DNA of 63,920 bases, filler included, from Octopus bimaculoides (taxonomy: Eukaryota): assembly GCF_001194135.2 (NCBI RefSeq). It is 5 parts of 5 records of this genome, joined end to end, with 100 filler letters (N's around TTAATTAATTAA, not from the genome) between each part and the next. Parts side by side here need not be neighbours in the genome. Positions count along the whole stretch, not along the records: positions 46,885 to 60,103 come from NC_068998.1; positions 60,204 to 63,920 come from NC_068984.1; 3 more parts are not named here. The stretch is one strand, 5' to 3'. A program made the translations under genes and the position numbers. The notes beneath the pieces are model-generated. The model worked only from the letters and a program-made list of their open reading frames with translations. It was not told the origin of the DNA and ran no database searches. Below, piece by piece: positions 52,750 through 63,920 of this stretch; positions within the stretch are counted from its first letter, which is position 1, and the number at the start of each line of letters is the position of its first letter.

Positions 52750-55203
52750 TGGCCGTCCACGCGTGACTGAGGAAGACCATTGCTGACCTTCAAGAACATT
52801 GTGCGCTCTAGGACCAACTTATATTTTGCATTTGCGGCTCCGTTGGTGGCTAATGAGCCCTTCTCTTGACAAGCATACACGACTGCAAACATTGCAGACC
52901 AAGCTTTCCCCATTCACTACATCAGCAGTGCGCTTTCGAGCAGCACGCATAAGTTCTTCATGCTGAATACATGCTCTCTCAAAAGTGTCGACCTCCTCCT
53001 TAACCTGCTTTCTTCACCTGTGGCGATGACAAGCATTGTTCTCCCAGTCAGTCTCCTGCATATCACAGGCCTTTAATGATGTCTTGACACGGTCCTTAAA
53101 TCGCAGCTCTGGTTTCTGCCGAGGTCTCTTTCCATTCACAAGTTCCCCAAATAGCATCTGCTTACGGATCCTGCTATCCTTCATTCTAATAAGGTATCCA
53201 GTCCAACGTAACTGGTGCTTGTGCACTATTGCCTCAATACTCAAGACATCAGCTGTCCTCAGGACCTGTGTGTCTAGGGTTTTTAAGGTCCAGCCAACAT
53301 TCAGAATGTGTCTGAGACATCTCTGATGAAAGCGTTCAAGGACTCTTACATGACATTTGTAAAGGGTCCATGTCTCACATGAGTAAAGGAGCACTGTCAG
53401 TACATATGTACGGTACACAGCAATTTTTGTTTGCCTTGCGATACCATGCTGGGACCAGATACGTGACTGAAGAGACCGGAAGGAATCAGTTGCTCTCTGC
53501 AGCCTGACAGAGATTTCATCATCGAGGGATCAAGAACGGTTCAGTATGCTCCCCAGGTAGACAAACTTGTCTACCACTTTCAGAATTGTTCCTTCAACCA
53601 AGATAGCTGGTTCCACATATGGATTCTCTGGTGCAGGCTAGAACATTACAACAGTCTTGTCCAAGCTAATGCAGAGTCCAAATGTCTTGCAAGAAGCAGA
53701 AATACGATTCATAAGTATTTGCATGCCATCCATCGCAGTATTTTCAATGCTGGACAAGCGAGTCTGAAGCTCTTTCCTCAACACAGCATCATATATCTTG
53801 TGAACATTCAGACGCCGAGGAATGCTGACCGGTCGTCTTCTCTCTTTCACTCTAATCATCGTCCCCGGAACTTTGCTCGCACTAGACTGTGGTCTGTCCA
53901 GCATTCCGATCCATGGAATGACTTGGCATTACAAATGTCATAGATGCGGATGATGATATAATCCAGCATAGATCCGGATGATGACATAATCCACATGAGA
54001 CCATTGCTATTCATTTTCCCTACTCCAAAACGTCCTAGAGAGTTCCATGTTTGCCAGTCTGATCCAACCCCAGTAGAATGCCTTTATCAGAATTGGGGAT
54101 TTTCCTAAGTATGGCTCTCAGCTGGGTATAAAAAATTCTTTTGTCTTCATCACAGCTAGTCGTAGTAGGTGCATAGGAACTTATTAGAGTAGCAAACCGC
54201 CCACCTTTCAGGTGCAATCGTAGAATCATTAAACGTTCATTTATAGGAACAGGAAGCTCCTCCAACTTCTTAAAGATTTTGAAAATAAAAGTCTCCTTGT
54301 TTTTCGAGCGCAGGGTAGACATCCGTCAGTTGCGCTAAACTGACTAGATATAGAAAGACAGGCAATTTTTGGTTCACCTTTTCTAGAACCTCCCCGGTCT
54401 CCGGATGAGAAGTGTCCTCTCCAAATGGAGCTGCTCAGACACCCATGCAGCAACCGAATCTTACCGCTGTCTTGGGTGACAAGGAGACGACTTTATATCT
54501 AGCTTGGGCCGCCTACGTGCACTGACTACATGCTTCCAACCAGTCAGGTCTGCATGCTTCACCACCTTCCCATCGCTGCAGAACTTCCGAATAAAAAATA
54601 AAATATAAATATACTAAAAACATATAAATATATACTAAAAATAACGATACACGTATATAGGGGGAAAAAGGCACATATCAAGCAGAGGTCAGCAATGCCT
54701 GTGGAGAGTTTTAGCTCCAATAAGGCTTCCTCTCCACTTTATTGACACTATCCAGAGACAAGCTGGAGCAAGATGTCTGGTGCCAATATGAGTCACAGGC
54801 TCAGAGATGTGGGAGCGCCATGATCTCTAGCAGAAACCAAAGATCCCCAAAATGTTCAATGCCATTCCCTGCATATCTGGTTTTATATTAGAATGACCTT
54901 CTGCTAGAGACATGCTTCAACAGAACCTGAGAGGTGCCTCACTCCCAGTGGTCTTTCACCACGCCGGACACCATTCCGGAATTTCTGCGTGTCCGTGTTA
55001 TTGCTAGTTAGCCGCTGAGCCTGCACTAGGTCCATCCGAACTTTCAAAAGGTCTTGTTTTTAATCCTGTTGGGTTTCTAGCAGCCCTCCTCACCAGGATA
55101 GCCTGGTGGGGGTGCCAGTTTAGTCGTCGGCAACCCGACCATGCAACAGGTTGTACTGGATTCCATGTTACCAGTAGCACGTATGAGAGCCTCATAAGTG
55201 ACC
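52750..55203 (-). mobile_element. RTE-clade LINE with both ends present but RT core deleted
   Basis: Structured 5' UTR; APE endonuclease (PINERLMILRL...ATLISSYAPT); post-RT LLYSCETWTLY...HQLRWTGYLIRM...KQMLFGEL; C-terminal CNVCSRVC...LISHQ; stop 52819-21; 3' end GGACGGCCATC. No YADD-containing core. Confidence 0.93.
55115..55203 (-). ncRNA. Candidate HDV-like self-cleaving ribozyme at the RTE 5' end
   Basis: P1 GGUCAC/AUGGUC, P2 CCAGU/ACUGG, P3 ACA/UGC, L3 ACCUGU with CC pairing to GG (P1.1), short P4, J4/2 GACUAA; G1 coincides with the element boundary. Confidence 0.55.
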
Positions 55204-55610
55204 TGACATACATACATACATACATACATACATACATACATACTTACCTACAAAAATGTTCGTAGGAAGGAAGTGAAAAGGTAGAAGGACATTCAAGTCT
55301 TGACGTTCTAATGCATTCCGCTTCATCTGCTTTGACACTTGAAAAATGTGAAGTTTCTTTTGAAAACATCAAAAGATTATTACGAAATAAATTTTTTGTT
55401 AAACCGTCATTTCTATTTGCTGCGCATTCTTAACGTACAGTGTATACATATGGTTGTCTGATGCTCGAATTTGTAGATTTCTCTGGTGAAAAGAATGTGT
55501 TTCAGTATAATTCTGGTCGAGTATGTGGTCATCTCAGGGGACATCAAAATGCACTTAGTGTAATATATTGAAACATGGATACTCAGATATAGACATATAC
55601 ACACATACAG

Positions 55611-55711
<101 letters not shown>

Positions 55712-55853
55712 CATATGCGTGGATATGTGGTAAGAACCTGGCTTCTCAACCACATGGTTCCGGTTTCAGTTTAATCACATGCCACCTTGGGTATTGTCTA
55801 CTAATATAGTCTCGGATCGACCAAAGTGGATTGAGGAGACGGAACTACTTAGC

Positions 55854-56232
55854 GTTAAAGTGGAGGGCAGGACTCCGCGGTGTTATTAATGTGGCCTAAA
55901 AGGCCACATTCAAGCGGACCGCCCTTCGCCGCCCACGGGGACTTAGGGAAAAACCAGCAAGAAAGGAGGCGGCTTCGCAATCAGTAACAACGGAGGAAAA
56001 GTTATATGGGAAACGATTGGTAAAAGAAACCAAGGAAAAAGAAATGTCAGATGGATTTAGACTCCCATCCCACACCCACCACACACCAACCCTCACCTTC
56101 TCTGCCTCCCCCTCCCCCTACAGACACCAAACCTCCCCACTCCTCTCCGACACAAAAACAAAAAAGCACTTTCACACAGAACACCCGAAACATCCCCTCC
56201 CCCGGCCAAGTGTAAAAGTTGCTATGCTTTAA
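55854..56232 (+). mobile_element. Remnant of a LINE ORF1 (Gag-like CCHC zinc knuckle)
   Basis: VKVEGRTPRCY*CGLKGHIQADRP (CX2CX4HX4C with the last C mutated) followed by a GC-rich low-complexity frame. Confidence 0.55.
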
Positions 56233-56898
56233 TGTATGATGATACGAATGAGGAACTAAACAATGAAATAATATCGTGGCGAAACCCAGTGATAGTGGAT
56301 ACCAAAAATTAGGACAATATAGAAGGGTGGTATTAGTGTTTATTGTTGAATGAGGAGCAAAGGGCAAAAGTGGGAAAATTTAAGCATGGTTACTCATGCT
56401 GGAAAGTGAACATAGACAGAACTAAAGTACCACATCTTATAAATTATACATATATGGATATATANNNNNNNNNNNNNNNNNNNNNNNNNNNNNNNNNNNN
56501 NNNNNNNNNNNNNNNNNNNNNNNNNNNNNNNNNNNNNNNNNNNNNNNNNNNNNNNNNNNNNNNNNNNNNNNNNNNNNNNNNNNNNNNNNNNNNNNNNNNN
56601 NNNNNNNNNNNNNNNNNNNNNNNNNNNNNNNNNNNNNNNNNNNNNNNNNNNNNNNNNNNNNNNNNNNNNNNNNNNNNNNNNNNNNNNNNNNNNNNNNNNN
56701 NNNNNNNNNNNNNNNNNNNNNNNNNNNNNNNNNNNNNNNNNNNNNNNNNNNNNNNNNNNNNNNNNNNNNNNNNNNNNNNNNNNNNNNNNNNNNNNNNNNN
56801 NNNNNNNNNNNNNNNNNNNNNNNNNNNNNNNNNNNNNNNNNNNNNNNNNNNNNNNNNNNNNNNNNNNNNNNNTATATATATATATATATATATATATA

Positions 56899-57275
56899 GG
56901 TGCAGGTGTGTGGTTGTGTGATAAGAAGCTTGCTTCCCAACCACATGATTTCGGGTTCAGTTCCGCTGCGTAGAACCTTGGGCGACTGTCTTCTGCTATA
57001 GCCTCGGACAGACCAAAACCTTGTAAGTGAATTTGGTAGACGGAAAGTGAAAGAAGCCTGTCGTATATATACATGTATATATTTATGTGTGCGTGTCTGT
57101 GTTTGTCCTTCCACTATCGCTTGACAACCGATGCTGGTGTGTTTACGCCCCCGTAGCCTAGCGACTTGGCAAAAGAGACCGATAGAATAAGTACCAGGAG
57201 TAGATTTCTTCGATTAATGTCGTGCTCCAGCATGGGTGCAGTCACAGGATTGAAGCAAGTTAAAGAATAAAAGAA
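56899..57275 (+). mobile_element. tRNA-derived SINE, family A
   Basis: gtgcaggtgtgtggttgtgtgataagaagcttgcttcccaaccacatgatttcgggttcagttccgctgcg...; full body. A 3'-half copy lies on the minus strand at ~60398-60605. Confidence 0.88.
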
Positions 57276-57298
57276 TATATGTGTATATATATATACCC

Positions 57299-57329
<31 letters not shown>

Positions 57330-58452
57330 TGTGTGTGCGTGCGGGCATATGTATGCATGTGTATATGTATGAAGAGAGAGAGTGAGAAAGAGAAAAAGAG
57401 ACAATAATTATATTACATCACTTATATCATATCTATATTCTGCGCAGAAATAGTAACGCTTATTCAAAAATATTTACCATATTGCTACTTAGGGAAAATA
57501 ACAAGGAAAATAAGGATGGTATATTTCATTGTCTAATTTTGTGATGAAAACTTCATATTATGTCGACTTACACGTGGCAGTTTCTTTTATAATTAATTAT
57601 GATGGAACACGTATCTGAACTGACGAAGAAGGCATGTAAATTTTATCTATGGCATCCTATATCATAATACATTTTTATGTTTATATTTTTGTACATTCAC
57701 CAACACAATAGGTGTATAAAACGTTACATAAAACTCTGATATATGTCTGTAACCGTACATACTGAAAGAAGTCAGTATTACATATACAATTTATTCGTTC
57801 TTGATTTAACAATTTTTATGCATCCATTTTCTTTTGCAGCATAAATTTGATGTATTTGTGACCGTGCAACATCGCGGGAGAGCATAAATTTTGTAATTGA
57901 AAAAAATTAACTGACAAGGAGTAATGGATGTCATATGAATATTGATTTCAATTTTGGGGGACGAGGTATGTAATTTCTGTGGGTGGGGAAAAGTGTATTA
58001 CATCTACCCCAGTAATTCCCTGGTATATATTATATCGACACCGAAAGGAGCAAACTCAAAGTCGACCTTAGCAAAATTTTATCATCATCATCATTTAGCG
58101 GTTTGAATTCAGAATCTTCTCTCTCATTTTCTGTCTTTTCTTTTTCCTCTTTTCTCTTTTTGTTTTCTCTTTCTCCGTTTTTCACTCTTCTCTTGAACCT
58201 TATTCACATTTTCTTTCCCCATCTTGTTTCTGCTACCCCACCCCCTGTAAATTCCGTATAGCCAATAAACGCCATAAACAACATAAGGGGTGACACATGT
58301 GCGTGTATATGTGTCTGTGTTTGTGTGTGTGTATGAGTGTGTGTGTGTAAGCCTATATATGTGTTTATCTCCAATGAACTTAGACTCCTGTTCCTTAATC
58401 TTAATGTAATCGTTTTTGACAATTTTACTCTATGTTTATGTGTCTAATTTAC

Positions 58453-58489
<37 letters not shown>

Positions 58490-58712
58490 TAAAGTTATAT
58501 ATTTCGATTTTTTGCACCTACGTGATGTATATTATTTTAGAATTTTCTACGATACCTTTCTCTCTCTTTCTCCGACCTTATTTATAGACCACCGTATTTC
58601 TCTCCTACACATAACGACACCTATTCTTTCAGACTCCTTATCTCATATTACATCTCTCATTGAACTTTACCTTCTCTATCTCTTCGACAAAAACTTCCGT
58701 ATCACTCCCTAT

Positions 58713-58757
<45 letters not shown>

Positions 58758-58899
58758 CATTTCTGCTCTCTCTCTTTCTCACCTTTATTCAATAAAAAAG
58801 CAACAGATGAACACCAACAACCGCAAATTCACACAGATGTCAGGTAGTTGCAGCCAATGGTGCCCTTTCTGAGGAAACTCAGATCCTAAGTGGTGTTCT

Positions 58900-58990
58900 A
58901 CATTTGCAGGAAAGGCAGGTACTACAATCCCAGAGTCACAGGCAGTGAAAGACTTGGGGATCAGCATGTGCAATGACGCATCATTTCATA
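58900..58990 (+). mobile_element. Short CR1/L2-type LINE RT C-terminal fragment
   Basis: TTIPESQAVKDLGISMCNDASFHMHIS resembles the VKDLGV..D..L.F..HI motif. Confidence 0.55.
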
Positions 58991-59431
58991 TGCACATTAG
59001 CCTATGCACTTATTTCTATAACAACAACAACAATAATAATAATACTCCATGGAGGGAATTTATAAATATTCCAATGCAACACTACATATGTTTCTACAAT
59101 TCATGTGTTTTTTTACGATCATCGTCCTTATTCTTCGAATGACTGCCGTACAATCCATAATATCCATGGTCATCATGCGGGTCTCAGTTAATGCGTTCAT
59201 TTCTCCAGGCAATATAGCGAATGCTTAATCGAATGCTTAATCGAAGGAATGTTACCAATTTTCATCAATCAAAAGGTTCATAGAAGTATGTGAGCAGTTC
59301 TGTGTGTATTTCGTAGGGAAGGAGTTGGTGAGTGAAACACAGAAAGGAATGGTAATAATAAAGAAGAGACAAGAGTGTGTGGTGAGGCTAGACTGGTTTC
59401 GACATTTGTGTATGCACATGTTGGAACGGGT

Positions 59432-59474
<43 letters not shown>

Positions 59475-59594
59475 AAAAATATATAAAACGTCTGACATCT
59501 TATAGGTCCGAAAACAATCGTCCCTATGACTAGCCATAACTTTTAACTTCCTAATATGTGTGTGTGTGTTTGTCTGAGTGTTTGTTTGTGTGAA

Positions 59595-59720
59595 GGCGCA
59601 TGGCCGAGCGGTGAGACTTCATAGGATCGCTAGATTGGGAGTTCGATTCCCAGACCGTGCAGTGTGTGGTCTTCTTTAGCAAATAACTTCATTTCACGTT
59701 TCACCAGTCTCCCTTCCGTG
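59595..59720 (+). mobile_element. tRNA-derived SINE head (third family), truncated
   Basis: A box TGGCCGAGCGGT (59601-12) and B box GAGTTCGATTCC (59639-50); no cloverleaf acceptor stem; followed by SINE-like body. Confidence 0.6.
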
Positions 59721-60599
59721 TATATATTGTATATATGTGTATACTCAGAGATAATGTTAGCACATTGGAAGCTATACTGGAGCGATTTCATGAAACTAAA
59801 TCCTTCTAAAATCTAAATGACTTGTTGGTACACAGTTTCCTAATGCAACCATAATATACTAGAAAATGGTATCAAACGCTTTTATAGGATAATACCGCAT
59901 ACATCTGTGTTAGCAATGTACTTGAATCACGTTTAGATCATCCCTACAGATACTCTACACTGATTTTGGTAATGGGTAATGGGTACATATGTCATAGTTC
60001 GGACATTTTGCTTCTTCATCAGCACCCATCTAACTCATTAATCAACCGCAAACTCATTGTTTAATTAGCTATAACATATAGCAGTGTAACGTTATTTGAT
60101 ATANNNNNNNNNNNNNNNNNNNNNNNNNNNNNNNNNNNNNNNNNNNNTTAATTAATTAANNNNNNNNNNNNNNNNNNNNNNNNNNNNNNNNNNNNNNNNN
60201 NNNATATATATATATATATATATAAGACCTGAAAATAAACTCCACTAATGGACACCCAATGTGTCGGGTGGTTGTGTTCAACTGGGCGTGAGCCACGGCG
60301 GGATTTGAACTCAGAACGGAGAGAAATGAAATAAATACCGTAAGGCACTCTGACGCTCAAACTTTTGCACAAGTCGACCACCTTCGAATTTTCTCTTTTA
60401 TATTTGTTTCAGTCATTAAACTGCGGCCATGCTGTGGCACTGCCTTGAAGAATTTTACTCGAACGAATTGACCCCAGTACTTATTCAGTTATTTGTAAAG
60501 CCTGGTGTTTTTTTGTACCGGTTCCCTATGCCGAACCGCTAAGTTACGGGGACGTAAACGCACCAATACTGGCTGACAAGCTGTAGTGGGGGATAAACA

Positions 60600-60642
60600 C
60601 ACAAACGCGTCTGTCTGTCTGTTTGTCTATCTATCTACCTAC

Positions 60643-60685
<43 letters not shown>

Positions 60686-60709
60686 CCTGTCTGTCTATCT
60701 GTCTGTCTA

Positions 60710-60741
<32 letters not shown>

Positions 60742-61355
60742 TCCATCTTTATTCATTCATTCATCCATCCATCCATTCATTCATTCATTCATTCATTCAT
60801 TCATTCATCCATTTTCTATTTATCGATCTGCACATTTATCCGATCCGTTCTCTCTTTCTTTTTAATACTACGTTGTAGTTTGAAAGTGATCTGGCTGCTA
60901 TTTCTAGCAATATCAGAACGTATACTATAGCGGACGAATATATATATATGTATGAATATCAACATGGGCATAGCACAGTGCAGCGTATTGCAGTACAATT
61001 TAGAATAAACGCTTTGGCGGTGCTGTGTTCGCGAGTCGTATTTTCACAGCGCAATACTATTTAATTCTCCAGCGTGCTCTCTCGTACGATGTGTTGTGCT
61101 AAGTGCTGATGTACTACGATGGCTTTAGTTTAGTGAGTGCAGTGTCGTGGTGCCAGCTGTGGTTGCGATAAGTTGCACAGTAATATATATATATAATATG
61201 TGCAGCACACTGATATGTTGCTAGGCTGCATCGTATGTTTGTGTGCTTCAGCAGCTACCGTATATTTTTGCCACACCCAGCGATGTATGCAATGCACCTA
61301 AAAGTACACTTGCACTTTTCACTGTTGTTGACACTACTCTCAACAAACAAACAAA

Positions 61356-61408
<53 letters not shown>

Positions 61409-61523
61409 NNNNNNNNNNATTCTCTGACACTCAACCTCACATACACATACACATAACCCTTTCTCACTATCTATCTATCTATATCTATCTATCTATCTAT
61501 CTATCCATATCTATCTATCTATC

Positions 61524-61578
<55 letters not shown>

Positions 61579-61737
61579 CCTTCCACGCCTCTTTTACTTT
61601 CTCTCTCTCTCTCTCTCTCTGTCTCTCGCTTTCAGCATTTCCTTTTCGCTCTGTCTTTCTCTTTAACATTCTTCATCTCTCACTCTTTGTTTCTCACCCA
61701 CCTACCAGAGAATTTCCTCTTACTGACACCCCAGCTT

Positions 61738-61815
<78 letters not shown>

Positions 61816-63557
61816 GTCTTTATATATTACATGTGTGTGTGCGTGCATTACAAACTGGTATCTTCTGCACGTTTCATTCTTTATTCTTTCTCTTCCTTTC
61901 TCTCTCTCACTCTATATCTCATCGCTACGTTCTTTTTATTTTAAAAACTCACACCTCCCTCTTCTTTACTTTCTCTTTGTAACGACACCTTCCCCAATTC
62001 TTCTCCCTCTTTTTCTCTCTCTCTCTCTCTCTCTCTTACTTTATAATTTACTCTCTCTCTCCCTACCTCTCCATTTTCCCCCCATTCCACGCTGATAACA
62101 TAACTTTTGTTTTATACTTCTTCTTAATCTTTACTATATCTCTCTCTCGCTCTCCGTCTCTCTCTCTCTCCCTCTCCGTCTCTCTCCCACTCCGTCTCTC
62201 TCTCTCCCTCTCCGTCTCTCTCTCTCTCTCCCACTTCGTCTCTCTCTCTCCCACTCCGTCTCTCTCTCCTCTCTCTATCTCTCTCTCTCTCACACATCTT
62301 TTCAGACTGTCGTCTTTCTCTCTGCTCTATCTTATCTCACATTTTCCTTTCAATTTTTTAATTCATTTCTACATTTCCCCCCCTCTTATCACGCTTTCTC
62401 TCTCTTTCTTAATCACTTGAAACACTTCTTCCCTCCCCTCCTCTCTCATATTCTTTCTAAAACATTCACTTCATCTCTCGCTCGCTTTCCCTTTCCTTTC
62501 GATTACTTTCTCACTCTCCTTCTATCTTTCTATCTTTCTCTCTTTCCCTCCCGCTTTCCTCTTTACTTCGCCATACTCTTTCCTCCTTTATTCTTCTAGT
62601 CTGTCTTTCTCACCGATTCCCATTGTTATAAACGCGTCTCTCTCTGTCTCTTCATCCTCGACCTTCTCCTTCTGAAAGCACTTACCTCCCTTTACATGTC
62701 GTTCTCAAAACATATTTCTCCTCCTTCAGCTCTTCATTCGTAATTTCTCCCGTTTAATTGAACCTTTCATCACACAGCCACACTCTTCCTCTTTCACATA
62801 TATTTACACACACACACATGCACATGCACATGCACACATTCCCATTGCAACCTCTCTGTTCCTCCAACACATTCCTCCGGCATGCTAACATCTTTTCCTA
62901 CCCCCTTTTTCTTGCTCTCTCCATCTCTCTGTCACTCTACGCAGTTTTGTCATTCAGTTCCTTCACTCGGAACTTTTCTAGGTCCAGACGGACTATATGT
63001 AATCTGAACCTTTCCCCCCTTGTTTTATTATTTTTCTTTTTACGGAATCCCACGTTTTAGGCTATGGAGATTCCGATTCTGAAAAAATTTTTTCAAAAAN
63101 NNNNNNNNNNNNNNNNNNNNNNNNNNNNNNNNNNNNNNNNNNNNNNNNNNNNNNNNNNNNNNNNNNNNNNNNNNNNNNNNNNNNNNNNNNNNNNNNNNNN
63201 NNNNNNNNNNNNNNNNNNNNNNNNNNNNNNNNNNNNNNNNNNNNNNNNNNNNNNNNNNNNNNNNNNNNNNNNNNNNNNNNNNNNNNNNNNNNNNNNNNNN
63301 NNNNNNNNNNNNNNNNNNNNNNNNNNNNNNNNNNNNNNNNNNNNNNNNNNNNNNNNNNNNNNNNNNNNNNNNNNNNNNNNNNNNNNNGGGGTGGAATTGA
63401 AATTTTTCAAAAAATTTTTTTTCAGAATCGGAATCTCCATAGCCTAAAACGTGGGATTCCGTAAAAAAAATTAATAAATAAGGTGGGGAAAGGTTCAGAT
63501 TACATATAGTCCGTCTCTACCCTTTTCTAATCTTCCCTTCTCTCGCACATTGGGCTT

Positions 63558-63590
<33 letters not shown>

Positions 63591-63920
63591 GCTGTTGTGT
63601 TGCTTCCTCTGTCTCATTCGTTATTTTCATAACATATTCTTCCGTCTTTTCTTCTCTCAATCTTTCTTACTGTCAACCGGTTTAATTCACACGTTATTCA
63701 TTGGTCATACTCTCGTACTTACACATGCGCACATGCACTCACACACAAACACACACACACACACCAACACACACACACACACTAACACACAAACACACAC
63801 CAACACACACACACACACCAACACCCTCACCCCCCACACACACTAACACACCAACACACACCAACACCCACACAAAACACACACACACCAACACGCGCGC
63901 ACACACACACACACACACAC
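60600..63920. repeat. Extended pyrimidine-skewed low-complexity region ((TCTA)n, (CT)n, (CA)n, ctccgtctctctct minisatellite ~62150-62290)
   Basis: Direct inspection. Confidence 0.9.
62981..63521. mobile_element. Young palindromic MITE with GG termini and 8-bp target-site duplication
   Basis: Arms 62981-63099 and ~63405-63521 are near-identical inverted copies; CTTTTCTA at 62973-80 and 63522-29; centre is an N gap. Confidence 0.88.

Noticed and set aside
59595-59670. tRNA gene
   Set aside because: A and B boxes are present, but there is no acceptor or anticodon stem and it continues into SINE-like body sequence.

Overview
AT-rich, microsatellite-dense eukaryotic DNA from a gapped scaffold. 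The repeat repertoire looks like an octopod cephalopod (inference from recognising repeat families, not from a search). No host protein-coding gene, rRNA, true tRNA or CRISPR array can be supported. The identifiable content is transposable elements. These are: a near full-length decayed Helitron (about 1.3-5.9 kb); mariner remnants, including one built from two facing 5' halves; many RTE-clade LINE pieces; two Penelope-like element (PLE) fragments, one with an open GIY-YIG endonuclease frame; CR1-like and zinc-knuckle LINE remnants; three tRNA-derived SINE types; and several MITE/foldback elements. The most interesting signals are RNA-structural: (1) a minimal type I hammerhead ribozyme downstream of the PLE ORF (38070-38121, minus); (2) a hammerhead-like fold with a swapped G3-C8 core pair beside the second PLE (47673-47719, minus); (3) an HDV-like ribozyme fold starting at the 5' end of an RTE element (55115-55203, minus). 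Also notable are a foldback element enclosing degenerate TTAGGG repeats and a ~310 bp segment duplicated 10.4 kb apart with a 54/55-identical core that carries a C/D-box-like signature. Four N44-TTAATTAATTAA-N44 blocks are artificial scaffold joins. All alignments and folds were done by eye.
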